The notes beneath the pieces were generated by a model. It ran no database searches, had not been told where the DNA came from, and worked only from the letters and a program-made list of their open reading frames with translations. This document shows, piece by piece, positions 37,573-50,406 of a DNA stretch of 64,000 bases. The DNA is from Psammoneis japonica (taxonomy: Eukaryota). Made by a program: the position numbers and the translations under genes. How positions within the stretch are numbered: the first letter of the stretch is position 1; the number at the start of each line of letters is the position of its first letter. The stretch spans positions 1-64,000 of the forward strand of contig QPGO01000161.1 of the NCBI GenBank assembly GCA_008632985.1. Direction: 5' to 3'.

Positions 37573-38134
37573 GTTGGATAACTCTCTCTACTAGTCGTCG
37601 CGTTTTGGTTCTTGTGGGAGAAAAAGATTGTTGTTTGCTTTGGTGAGCCTGAGAGAGACCGGATGTATCTTGGGTCATAATGTCAGTCTTATGTAAGGTA
37701 TGTCGCACCAACGCTGGCTGTATACGTGGGAAACAAGAACATCAGAAAAGGTCATGGTCACAATGACTCTGATTAGAAAGGCATAAATCCTCGAAAATGT
37801 CATCTAACATTCCGTTTGTGGCCTCCTCACTTTTTCAATCCCGCATCCCTCTGTCTTACTTCGCATATATTGTGTAGTCGTAGCAGCAAAAGGGTAATCG
37901 TATCAAGTTGGTCATTCTGGACGTAAAAGTCGAGACAGCAGCAACCATTGTCCTCATCCAGAGAATGACCGCTCGCAACGGAGAAGACTGTAAGTTTCGG
38001 AATGACCATTTCCGGCCCCCCTCCGTTCAACCAACAAGGTCGTTCTTCACCAATCTCTCTCAACGTTTGGTTGTGAGGATCACAAAAAGTAGCACTCTAG
38101 GCGGTGATGCTCGGTATAGAGCGCTGTGCCATTG

Positions 38135-39361
38135 TTACGACTGACAGAAGGAATAATCCAACTTGGTCCACCGCATTTGGCTCAAACTGTTGGAAACACC
38201 ATTCAAATGCCCCAAACCCATGACGGCAACAATCGTGTCAAAGGGTAACGCATTCAATCCACGAGCCATGTAGACATCTCGTTCACCCACCATGGCCTGC
38301 CACACATGGGGTACCTCTTGTTGAAACACATTCATCATTTGTGTCGTGGTGTCCACCGTTTTGACCGGTTTCGACAAATTCCGTAATGGTCGGGTCGGAG
38401 ATTGTCACTTTGTTGCCATTCCGTTGGCATTTGTTCCTTGAGAATCTCGCTCAATTTGGCATCGAGTCCCTCGAGCTTTTTTGGATTGGTCGTTGCAATC
38501 GCTTGGGCGAGGCGTTGATAGGTGGTTTCGAGTTTTTGATCGCCCAAGACAATGAGTGCATTGCACTCCAAACCCGCCTTTACGGCATTTACAAACTAGA
38601 AAAACGAAATTTTGAAAGAATATATAGTGTTAGAGTGTTCTTTTGATTGTCAATGAATTCATAAAAAAGCAATACATACCTCCTCTCCAACCGGAATTCC
38701 CGCCATTTCCAGTTTTCGATACACGGACGGATTGCTCGCGGCATTCCTCCATTTCATAAACAATCGTTGGACAAGACCCGTCTTTTGTGTCACGCCCAAC
38801 TTGAGATTACCATATTCATCTTGGACGGCAATACGAATACCCGGTGGCGGAATACCGCCTGAAAAGGCTCGTGAGGTTCGACTCAAATCGAGTTCCACAA
38901 AGACAGCCTGTGGTTGTACCTGTCGAACCAAACGTCCGGCTAAATCGGCCGATTCGGAGAAATGTGAGCCGTGCCACAATGTGCAATACTTGAGTGCCCT
39001 TGGAAAAGGAAAGGACTGTGGGATCGCAAAGAGCCGAATAGACTTTGGATTTTGATGTTGCTGATGTTTTTATGGAAGGTTCTGAAACTGCCGTTGCCGC
39101 AATCGCATTTGGTTGCTGCAAGGTTGCAAGAGACGTGGCAACCGCAGCTATTTTTTGGATCAAGTCTCTTCGTGTTGAAGTACTAGTGTCAGCCGATGCT
39201 CTTTCAATTTCGTCCTTTGACGTTTCACGGATGCAGCAACGAGCTGATGCGACAAAACATCGTTTGGGGTTGAACGACGATGCAGTGATGAAACCAGCGG
39301 TCACATTATTCAGCTCAGCTCCAAAGACAATGAGGAACCCAACAAGACACAATGTTCGCAT
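38135..39361 (-). CDS. TraB/PrgY/GumN-family protein with probable bipartite targeting
   Basis: LHIV(G)TAH, VRQVQPQAVFVELD, GEE, IVLGDQ, LVGERD-like MVGERDVYMA and VAVMGLGHLNGV. Intron about 38678-38597. Frameshifts near 38972 and 38380. Confidence 0.75.
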
Positions 39362-39519
39362 GATAGCAAAGGGAGTGCTTTTCTTTTTTCTATTGACAAA
39401 TCGGTTGTGCTCATGGCGTTTGTTTGACTTTTGTTCTTGTGTTCTCATCGAACTGATGTCTCGAAGAAATGAAACATACAAACACGACGTAAATCATTGA
39501 AATTTTCCAAAAAAAACTC

Positions 39520-40861
39520 TCACGAGGGGGCACGGTCGGTCAGACCAGGGATTTTGTTCGAGCGCGCGCACCGCGCCGCAGAGCGATGCGCGTGTTGGTT
39601 CGCCTCTTGAGAACTGAGCATGCGACAGCTCTGTTCACAGCACAGAGCAATGGTTTCCTGAGCATGACACACACTTTCATCACCTCTGGAGATCAAGAAG
39701 AGCAACTTTGGCATTGTTGCTTGAAGAGATTTGACACAATGTGATGGTGTGGCTCGAGGGGGCACACTGCCAAGTGTGCTGCCATCCTGGGTTTGAGAAA
39801 CTTTTGAACACATCACGAGGTTTTCCACATGTTTCTAAGTGACACATGCACCCAGCACCAAATCCATGTAAAAAAATCAAGCTCCACAGCAAAGACACAT
39901 TTTTTCACATCTCGAGCCACACCAATCATGTGCACCAAAAATGTGGCACACACCCTGCTGCGGCCATGCACTCGCCCCAACGGCCATTGTGTCTGAGAAG
40001 GTGAGAATGCCAAGACAGGTCAACAAGACTGTGCTCAGTGCAATGATGTGGATGAAATTTTTATTTTTTCCATTTGTTGCACCTTGTGGATGGCCTTTTG
40101 ACTCCCCTTGATGTTTCAGACTTCTCTTTTTCTCTTCTCTTTCTCAGATTGCAGGAGCACAGGGAGCCTCCACAGCTCTGGACTCTGTTGACTTGGTGCT
40201 TGCCACAAACAACAATGTGCATCTTCACGGTGCATTGGTTTGTTTCTTGTGATGCATTGAGTGCTCTTCAAGTCATCGTGGATGATGCTTTTGGGTCAAG
40301 AAAAAACACCAAATTTTGGTGCTCACAAAAGAATGACCTGCACTCAGTTTTTTAGGGTTCGAGGCAGTTAAGAAGCCTTTGGACAAGTCTGATGGGTGCA
40401 ATGTTGCAAAGTGGAACAAAAAACATTGTTCAAGATAAAACTGGTTCTTTTGAGCATTGAAATGTTGTCAACATTTTGCTGTCTCATCTCTGCTTCTGTG
40501 TTTCAAATGACCAAATTGCCCCACATTCATCAAACATCGACTCTGCCAATTCAGTGCCAGCGTGCAACTGACTCAAGAGTCCCACAAAAGTCAACAAATC
40601 AATTGATCTTTGAAGCAGTTGATTGCACAAAAAATGCACGATGCATGTGCCAAGCCAGGTTCACCGATTTTTCTTGTAAAAAAAAAGGAGTTGGGGTGCC
40701 TTTTTTTTGGCACAAACTCTTTGCACAATGAAAAATGCACAATTCTTTCAAAATGGTCAGATGCAATGAAAAAAAAAACAGCAGAACAGTCTTTCAAATG
40801 TGCCTGAAAATGAAGAGGAAGAGAGCCATCTTGGTTCAAGTTGTGGTTGTTCAATGACAGT

Positions 40862-40896
<35 letters not shown>

Positions 40897-43800
40897 CATG
40901 GCTGGAGCACCAACAACAAGACATGCAGAAAGCTCATGCACTGGGGCTGAAAAAGTGATGGCAAGGAATGAAGATCATTGAAAGCCCATGCACTGGAGCT
41001 GAAAAAAGTGTCGGTGATGAGTGAAGATCATTGGTTGTTGGCATTGCATGCTTTGGCAATTTTCTTCACATGTGCCAAAGGTTGACAGTTTTCCAAGGCT
41101 CTGACCATTGATGATGCCAGCTTGGACATTCTCTGATTTTTTGCTGTGCTGCACAACATGTGCACAGTGCATGAGCCACCAAGAAAAGATGGCAAAAACT
41201 GTTGACTTTTGACAAGATGCTGATGAAAGCAGACAGCATTGCACCAAAGAACAGCAGTTGTTGTCACAAAACTCTCAATGTTTTGCAGCTCGACACCAAA
41301 TCTGCAGTGTCCAACCTCACTGACCTTTTTGCTCTCTGGAGCATGTGGGCCACATTTGGCAAAATGGGCCAAGAACATCTGATCTTGTGACAACCCACCT
41401 CTCTTTTCAAAGTTGGCAGATGCACCTGGATGTGCAAATCACAATCACAGCCTCACTTGGTCATCTTTCCTGTTGTCACAGGAGGTGTGGTTTCTGCGCT
41501 CACCCCAGCATGATTTTTTAAATGCACCTCAGCCTTGGAAATGACACAACAGCCAAAGCCATCAGCACCTGCCTCTGCAGGCATTGCTCTGGCAGCCCTG
41601 CAATTCTTGGTGGCATCTTTGACAATGCGTTTGTCATCCTCCTGTCTCTTCATCTCCCCAGGACACCAGCTGTGGGCAACTCAGCATTTGTTTGTTTTTG
41701 CCATGTGTGCTGATGAAGCCAACTGCATGTCCTTTTGCAGCAATGTGATGTTTTGTGAAGGCAGCAATCCAGGTGCACCAGCAGAAAATCTTGGGGCAAC
41801 TGCTTGACACTGCAGACAAAGTTGAGCAAAGCAGCTGATGGGTTTTCAGAGAATGACAGCCTCTCAGTTGCAGACGCAATGGCACTCTGCCACTTTTGCC
41901 ACACGCTCATCTGTTTTGCCAAGCTGCTGTTGACACCAACACATTTGAAAGCAACGCCACAGTCCATGCTGGTTGGCACCCTCACATTTCTTGTTGTCAG
42001 CCCCCCCTCCACAAACTCCTGGCAGGTGAGTTCTTCTGAAGTTGTGGCCAAACCCTTTGCTCCAAGTTGCGGCGCCATGTCTTGTTTCTCTGCTGTCAGG
42101 CAATGCCACAAATGTGAGCCTTTTTTTGGCCTTGTTTTTGTTCTGCTCTCCAGTCATTTTGCAATCAATTCAGGCCACAACACAACCTCCATCTGCAAAT
42201 CTCTCAAGAAATGAGTGCACACCGTGTCCTCTGACACACAAGAAAAAGGACAAAGCACAGTCTTGCAACCCCCCCCCCCCCTCCTCCCAATGACTGGGGA
42301 TGGGAGGGGGTTTGTTGGCCTAAAGAAAATGTTTGTGTTCAATCTCAGAGCAACAACAATGGCCTGTCATGACAACAGAAGATGGCATTGTGCAGCATCA
42401 TGGTGACACACTGACAGGGTGGTGACACAGGGGTGGGTGCCCCTTGCCCCCAAACATGTGTTGCCTCCTGCTTGGTGCACTCCAGAGTTGGGGATCAGAG
42501 CAAACAACCTGCTGTTTGAGTGACTTTGGCTGAAATTTGCAATGCATGATGTGCTCCTGACTCCATGCTGGTGCCTTCTGAGCTGAGTGCAGCATGACCA
42601 AGCTTGGTCATCAAGCCACTTGAGGCATGCCACATCCTCACCCACCCACCCAGCATTTGCTTGGAAGATGTGCTTCAATGCACTCTTCATCTGGCTCAAC
42701 ACGCAAACACAAAAAGTTCTTGTGATCTTGCAGATGACTTCACAGTGCATGTCAAGGCACAAAGTTGCCAACCTTGCCAAAATTTTCTTGACCTTGAGTC
42801 CAGTCAAAGCCCAGACAAGTGCTTGAAATTGCTCAATCCATCAGCAGCAAACATTGCCTGTGATTCTTCCTGTGCACATCAATGTGTTTTCTTTCCCCAA
42901 ACCTCACATGCGGGTGTCCAAATTTGTTCTTCTGCACAGTTCACACAGCACAAATCACACAGGTCCAGATGTGGGCACTTTTTGAACACTCCTGGATGCA
43001 AGGTTAAACTTCATCACCCTGCATTGTTCCACTGGGTTCCCCACCTGATGTTGGAGTGTTTGATGCTTCATTCCACAGAGGATGGGAGAGCAGTTGATCC
43101 ACTGCTTGAAATTTAGAGCCAGCACAGCCCACAGCACTGATGTTTTCTGAGCTTGGAAGGCTGCTTCCAGATCAGGTCAAATTGTGGCTTTTCACCTGAG
43201 AAACAAATGGGACAAAAAATTCATTGCAAAACAACTTGACATTGGAAGAATCTGGATGCACAGCAGGTGAATGCTGAAAGAGCTCAAATCTCGGTCACCA
43301 AATGATGCATTTGTTTGAATCTTGAGTGTTCAACATTTCTGCATGATTCCTTTTTGCTGTGTTGATCCCTCCCCTGATTGGCACCTGTTGGGTCTTCATC
43401 AGCAATCGTCAACAAGAATGGAGAGCATGCCATGAAAAGCAAAAAATGATGTGCCAACAGTTTGAACAGCAGAAGGAAAAAGAAGCTTCAGAGCAAAGGC
43501 AACAATGCCTGGAAGCCCTCCTCTTTTTCAGTTGCCCTGCTGCTTCCACTGGTCTTGTTCAGAGGAGAGAAGGAACGGCGGTGTTGTGCATCTAGCTAGA
43601 GCTGACAATGGCTGAGCCTAAAATCTGATTGCAAAGTGACTTGATGATCAACAGAGCAGCAGCTGCATCCATGAGCATTGTGCGATGGCACTGCAAAGGT
43701 GGCAAGCAGTTTAGATGCAACCTTGGCAGCAGAGTGCGGTCCATCCAATGGGCAAACATGACCATCATTGTGCAGAGCAACAGAGTTGCCAGAAACAAAA

Positions 43801-45265
43801 AACTTTGAGGTCTGGAGCATGCTGGCTTGAATGTTGGAAGGACATTCCACCAATGAGCAGACAGCACCGGGAAACTGGCACCAACCACTGTTGATGGCTT
43901 GCTCTTGGACACCATGGCAGACATGGCAGACTTGACATTTGGCGACACAGCACCAGCAGGATCCATCTGAGTGTTTGCAACAATTGCATTTTCAGCTTGA
44001 GGCATGTGTCAGCAACACTGGAGCTTCTAACAGCAGACGTGGGAGCTGGGTTGAACTTGCACTCTGCAAACCAACTGGAACTTAGAGAAGATGTCACAGG
44101 TGAGGTGAGAAGCAAAAGAGCTGCTGCGTGTCCACTGCAGCAACTAAAAGGTGACACACCATGATTGCTCCAGTCCTTCTGCTGTGAGAAAGGTTGTCTG
44201 TACCCTTTTCAAAGCACACATGTTTCTTGGCAATGTTGAACTGAGAGGTTTCAAGATCATGCCAAAAATGACATTCTTGGTGGCATCAGATGAACACCCT
44301 CCTTGCAGCAGTTAACTTGGCACAGCAGCAGCCGGGTTCTTGGACTCAAACATGACAACCAATTTCAACCTTCCCAGTGGCTTTAGCAATGTGAGCTGCA
44401 TCTTGATCATTGCATGCAACAGATGCAGTGGAAACACCAGAAGACATGATGACAGCCAGAGTGGACAATGTGTGGACCCAATGAGGAGCCACGCGCAATG
44501 CTGCAACAAGATGTCAATCAATGCACGTCAATGAGGGGTTTGCATTCTTTCCTGCGTTGGCTTTCTTTTTGTTTGCTCTGGCAGCTTTCATTGCTCTGTG
44601 ATTTTGTGATCAATTCTTGGTGGGCCTGGCATTTTGAGGTTTGCTGCATTTTTTCCTGCAGTCTCAGAATTGGGTCGATTGTCCTTCATTCCAGTGGCAA
44701 CAGGCTTCCTGGATTCTTTGGCAGATTTGGAGCTTTTTGCAACCACTGACATCAGCAATTTCCATGTCAGATGGCTCATCTTCCAAGAGGATTGACCTTG
44801 GAAAGATCTGTGTCAGATGGCTCATCTTCCACGAGGGCTGTGGCTGGGTTCTTTGTCTTTGCCAGGGCTGATCCAGTCATCTCGCACAGGTTGTTAGAGT
44901 CATCTTGTGACTCTTCATTGCCCACAAAGTGCTCAAATTTGCCATCTTTGGGGGCTGCTTGAGTGCCAGCTGAGTCCAATGCCTTGTTGTTGTTTCGAGT
45001 TGGATGTTTTTTGTTTGCGTTTTTGAGGGAATTTGATCTCGCCTTGGGCACCCGTCTCCTTGCGAGCGGGCGGTGCACCCTTGCGTTTGGTCTTCCTGTT
45101 TGCCTGAAGAGACCCTCTTTGCACCGCCTGCGGTGAAAGCTGTTCTGTCTGTGTCCCTCCAATCAGATGCTACACGCCGTGTGCAGAGCCTCTCTAGAGT
45201 AGAGGTGCAAAGCGGCCGAAGTTATTCTTGCGAAGAGGCCCGACCGCTGCTGTGCCACGTGTGAG
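39520..45265 (-). mobile_element. Degenerate Mutator/MULE-like DNA transposon, TpA-depleted
   Basis: Minus-strand remnants resembling a MULE transposase: CSPILCG, LKWLDDQAWS..RHQHGVRSTSCIA (compare YG..TSN.AES) and a SWIM-like LTCQEF region. RING-like THCPL near 44470. Only weak terminal similarity (tctcac..ggcac..cggtc). Confidence 0.55.
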
Positions 45266-45495
45266 AAGGAATGCCTTGTTGATTATAAAAAATAAATTTA
45301 AACACGACGTGTGTGTATCATGTAACACGGATTTGATTACAAAGCGGCTGATCTATGTCTTTCCCTTTGCGACATTTCTTTATAGCAAACTGGTCGTCGT
45401 TGTGGCGGACACATTGAAATCGTGAGTCCAGGGATAATTAAAGCTATCTCTTATGTGAAAGAATTCTGGGCTACTCCTGCTACTACCGGACCCAC

Positions 45496-46698
45496 TTAGT
45501 CATACCAAACAGTGACTTTCTCGTGGGGAACATCAAATAGTTCAATGCCGTTGAAGGTTTGATTCACGAGATGGTAGTGCCACGTGGGGACCTTCAACGT
45601 GACGGGTGGTGTCATCAGCCTGGTCAGTGGATAGTGCACCGTCGTTGCCTTTCCCACGAGCGCGGGAAACTGGGAATAGGTGCTGCTTGTCGTCAAGATG
45701 AGCGTTTGGGCATTCCTAAGGATGCACATGGCATCGATATCGTCCACTCCGGGCATGACCTTGGCTCCCGTCGCTTGTACGAGACTCTGCACGGTTTCTG
45801 TTTCAGCACTGTTTGGTTGACAAACAATCCAGATGGGCCGTCCAATGTAAGAATAATGACGGAGAATGTCAAGAAAGATTTGTACGTATGACGACACGTC
45901 CGCAATGCGATTGGTTTCGCTTTCGCGTTTGGAAAAGTCCCTCCAATGAATGACTACAGTTTCGGGAGTGGGAATGCTTTGGCAGCAGTCGTTGCGAATC
46001 TGTGACCATTCTTGAATTTGGGGCAACCAATCCTCCATCCAATCGTAGTGAATGAAAAAGGCTTTCAAATGCAAAATGCGAATCGTCGACTCGGGTGCGG
46101 TGAGAGTTTGTACGAGATTGCTCGTAAAGTCTTCTGAATGATTGAAATCAAACAGCCTGTGGTTGAGCGTCAGCGAGAGATCGGTTTTGTTTTCAAGCTC
46201 CTCTTTCCAAGCATCGTATTGCTCGTTTGTGCCGCGATTCATGAGGCTTTCCCAGAGGGACTTGGAGGTGAGATTTTGAAAAACTTCGTCGTCTCGTAAC
46301 GACGATGGCAGCGCGTTCCATGTTGTTGGGCTGTTGGGTAACATTGCCTTTGGAAAGCATCGAAGGACGGCTTCTTCATCAGGAAAGACTGCCGCCCAAC
46401 ACGGACGGTAGAGAACTGGCCAGCCAAGTTGTGTAGAAAGTCGATTGGCCATGCTAATCTCAAACAGATTGTTGGCCAAACGACCCAAAGTGTTCAGAAT
46501 GATAACCCCAGAGTGAGGATTCTTCTTCGTCAGACTAGACGAAGGAAGGTGCTTACTCTGACTTTTGGTAGTAGTTTCGTTATCCTGAATCGTCACCACA
46601 GGGGGGTGGCGCACGAAAACAACGGTCAAAAGGGCCGCATTGCAGACAAAGCGAAGCAGCAGCTGCCGTCTGCGTTTCGTACTGATCTTTCTCATCAT
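45496..46698 (-). CDS. Type II membrane glycosyltransferase, GT11 (alpha-1,2-fucosyltransferase)-like
   Basis: N-terminal basic stretch and TM helix. GRLANNLFE (compare GRLGNQMFQ), VVIHWRD (compare VHVRRGD) and DAMCIL..SSTYSQF (compare NSTFSWW). Confidence 0.65.
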   Translation of the reverse strand: MMRKISTKRRRQLLLRFVCNAALLTVVFVRHPPVVTIQDNETTTKSQSKHLPSSSLTKKNPHSGVIILNTLGRLANNLFEISMANRLSTQLGWPVLYRPCWAAVFPDEEAVLRCFPKAMLPNSPTTWNALPSSLRDDEVFQNLTSKSLWESLMNRGTNEQYDAWKEELENKTDLSLTLNHRLFDFNHSEDFTSNLVQTLTAPESTIRILHLKAFFIHYDWMEDWLPQIQEWSQIRNDCCQSIPTPETVVIHWRDFSKRESETNRIADVSSYVQIFLDILRHYSYIGRPIWIVCQPNSAETETVQSLVQATGAKVMPGVDDIDAMCILRNAQTLILTTSSTYSQFPALVGKATTVHYPLTRLMTPPVTLKVPTWHYHLVNQTFNGIELFDVPHEKVTVWYD

Positions 46699-47122
46699 TC
46701 GAATTCGAGGGAAGGACTCTCCTACCGAGAATTTTTCGGAATGACAGGTCAAGCAACTCAAAACTCTTTTTTCTTGGATGTGACAGACCCAGTTAGGTAG
46801 CCCCTCCACAACAATGAACCAATGGCAGCCAGTAATCAAAAAAGCAGCGGGCTAGCGGGCGGATTCTACTGCAGATGCCATCGAGTGAAGATGGACCTGA
46901 GGGTTATAAAATTGTGATGATTTTCGATTATGTGAACTATTCTTTTTCATTGCTGATTATAATTTTTGAAGCCTTTTGCTTGACTGGGACAAAAATTTAT
47001 TTAGCCACACTCCCCGCGCGACAAAACTTGTCCAAGACATTTCATTTCGAGAGACACATTGAATCTTGCAGTTTACTCGTCGGGTGCCGGAACACTCGAG
47101 CGACCTCCTCCTCGTCTCCTCG

Positions 47123-49614
47123 GTCCCACAACTAACCGCAAGCATGTCGCGGCTCCACATTGACAGGCAACTCATTTGGAATGCAATCAAAAGTCAATCA
47201 GCAGTCAAAAGTCAAGTCGGTGCAAGCGCTTCAACACATGGGCTAAAGTGGGTCAGGCCCGCAGCACGTCTTCGCCGCTGGAGCTGACACGTCAGAAACA
47301 GCAGAGCCAATCCCTCCCTGCCCTGGGAAGGCTCTGTGAGTAAAAAGGTGCCACCACAACAAGGGAGGGTGGGCAGGTGAAAAACAAAACAACAAGGGGC
47401 CCACCCACATTGTGGGCGATTCTCCAAAAGAGCGACAGCTCCCGGTGTGATTGGCGCAGTCTTTGTGCTCTCATTCTTCCTGCATTTTTTGGTGAGGTGA
47501 ACAATGGACCATTGGACCATTCAATGCAATGCCTCTGCCCCTGTTGACATCATTGGAGTGTTTCTGATGTCACTCTTTCTGAGCCCTTGCTCGCTCATCT
47601 CCACCTCAATCGGGGACAGAGCACACACATGACCAGACAGGGTGGGGAATGGGGCTGCTGGGTCTCATGGCAGGCCAAGTTAAAGACCATGGAAGTTGGT
47701 TGATTTCCTTGCCAAAACTTTGTGTGATGGTTGAATTTTGCACTTGTGAAAGGTGCAAGGTGCAAGGTGCACAAGGCAAAGCTCTTGCTCAACTGACAAC
47801 CCACCTTGCAAACTCCAATTGTGGAATTCCCAACAGCTTTTGTTGCTGAAAAATGCCATTGCTTTCCAACCCATGACCCTTTGTGCACCCCAGCCCAGGT
47901 GGTTCCACACCCCCAAATTGCCTTGAAAGGTCTTCTTGTGGCTGTTTGCCTTTGACAAAATGACTTTTGCACAGCGCAAAATGGTGTGTTCATCAACCCA
48001 TTCTCTCCAATCTCATTTCACTTGCAACTGGGCAATGGTCTGTTTTGGGCCTTGCACTCTTTTTTTGTTTTGTGTTTGACTCAGCTGTTCTTGTGATGGA
48101 CAAAGTGCCCTCTGTCCACTGTGGCAACCTGAGACACTCAGCAAGAATTTCACAATTGCAGGCTGGCAGAAAAAGAGTGCAAAAAAATCCATCAGCACCA
48201 ACAACTGAGCCTCAGCTCACTCACAATTTGCCACCAAGGACCGTTTCTTTTCTGTTGCCATGTGCATTTCCTCTGTTGTGTCGAGCGATGCAAGTGTGTC
48301 AGTTGATTGTGCCAACAAATGGTGAAAAAGGGTCCAAAGTTAATGCCATTGCTTGGGCTGCACTTCACTTCTGCTCACATCTTCTGAAACTTGTCAATCA
48401 ATGAATGTTTCATCAAGTCTGTGAGAGCAACTTGGCGACACGTGCTGCCAAGAGGGGCAATGGTCAAGTCTGTGAGAGCAACTTGCACTCATGCACATTG
48501 ACAAAAGATCATTTGTGTTGCACTCAAGAACAAATTTATGTACAAGAACATTGGTTTAATGGTTTCTTTGCACATGAGTGCATTTGTGAACAATCGCTCA
48601 TTGGAAAACAGAGGTTTCATCTTGTGGCACAATTTGGTGGTCAACAACTTGGTCCATCCTCAGATTTGGATGCATGGGCACATGCACAAGACCTTTCTGC
48701 ATGTGCCCATGACAACACATTTGAAAGTCATTGTGTTTCAATTGTTCCAGAAGTTTGGACTGTGCTTTTCATGCAAAAGGGGGCATTTTTTAGTGTGCGC
48801 ACACATCTGAGTCTGGAGCAAATCCTCATTTGTCTGTTTGTGCCCATCAATTTGTGTGGTGTGTGGTGTGTGGTGTGCACAATCTGCACAAAACCACCAG
48901 CACCAAACAGCTCACATGCACTTCCTCACAAAGATGTTTCTTCCACACAGAAAAGTGCCAGGCTTTTTGCCCACCATCACATGTGGAGTTCCAAGTCACA
49001 AACAGCAATCTGTGGGTAAAACCTGGTCTACAATCTCTGTCCTTTTGACAATGGAGTGCAACACAGTGAAGTGCAAAGGGCACCATGGCAGTCTTTGGGT
49101 GCCATCATCTCAAAATCCGGTGGGGGGGGGGGGGGGGGAGGGCACGACATTTTTGATGCATTCCAGCCCCAGGTGGGAGCTCAAAGTGCTGGAGTGTGAC
49201 ACAATCATTTTCATTGTGCACTGCTCTTTCACAGAATTGCCCCACCACACTCCCTGTTTTGTGAAGCCCAAGACTTTTCACTCAGCACACTGCACACTTG
49301 CGGGGGCAACAGCACACATGGGCATGCACTTTTCACCAATGTCTGAAGAGTGTGCTGGGGCAAACAAAAAACAGTGCACTTTAATCATGGATGAGTTTGT
49401 GTGGCAAAATTGCCTCTTTTCTGTTGGCGATCATTGGCACATTCTCATCAACTGGTGACTTTGCTGTGGAGCTTGCACAAAGAATTCTGTGGGCCCAGCA
49501 GCATCACATGAGGAATCCCCACCTGCATCTGGAGCATGTGTTTGACTTGTCAGCCACCCTCTGTTGGATTTTGCGACAACAGCGCCCGAGACGCGTTCCA
49601 GGTCTAGGTGGGAC
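47123..49614. mobile_element. Degenerate TIR DNA transposon with GTCCCAC...GTGGGAC termini and a 4-bp TSD (CTCG)
   Basis: ctcg|gtcccac at 47119-47129 and gtgggac|ctcg at 49608-49618. Interior TpA-depleted. Superfamily not determined. Confidence 0.65.
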
Positions 49615-49954
49615 CTCGCACTGCTGAACTGTGACATCGACAGTTTTTTGAATCACGTCGTATGTCGCGCACGTAGATTTCTACGTGATTTTTTTGATAT
49701 TTTGTGTCATTTTAAGGTACACTTATTGAGCGATCCGTCCAACAACTTTTGACATTTTTTGTTACAGCGCGATTCTATAATGTCTTAAGAATCGCGTAGG
49801 GCAGGTGCATTTGCAAAAACGTCGAGTGGTAAGAGGCATAATTGTACCACAAACTTGGCCGTTTATTTGATGTTGAAGATAAATATATCCATTAATTAAA
49901 TTCTCGTACTACGGAGCTCGCACGTAGAATTCTACGGGCCCAATGTCACACGGA

Positions 49955-49992
49955 GTCCCACCTAGGGCTGGAACGCGTCNTTCTCATGTGGG
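49955..49992. mobile_element. Ends of a second, inverted copy of the same TIR family collapsed around an N
   Basis: gtcccacctagggctggaacgcgtc is the reverse complement (2 mismatches) of 49590-49614. It is followed by N at 49980 and then atgtggg. cgga/cggag occurs on both flanks. Confidence 0.5.
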
Positions 49993-50406
49993 CGGAGATG
50001 ACATGACCACACGATGTGCACAGAGCATCTCAAAAATCTCTGGGATGCTCACATTGTCGCATTGTTTCTCTCAACAAAACATTGCTCTTCATCAGCATTT
50101 CTCAGCAACCTTGCTCTTGGTCAGTCGACACCACGTTGATTAAAAAAATTCAATGCAAATCAACAAAAAATTGGAAATGAAGAATGAACACATGAGATTG
50201 CGACATCGAGAAGCACAGACATCTAAAAATGACAGACTTGTTTTGACCGTGCCCGAACATTCAGAGATGCTTTTTCCATTCTTGCAAGCAACATGCGATC
50301 CGCGACTTGCGACTTCTTGTTGACCAAGCAGCAAAACGCGTCTCCTGTGATTCTGGATTCTTCCTTCAGTTTCCTTGAACAAACATTGCAGCTTGCACAT
50401 TCAACG

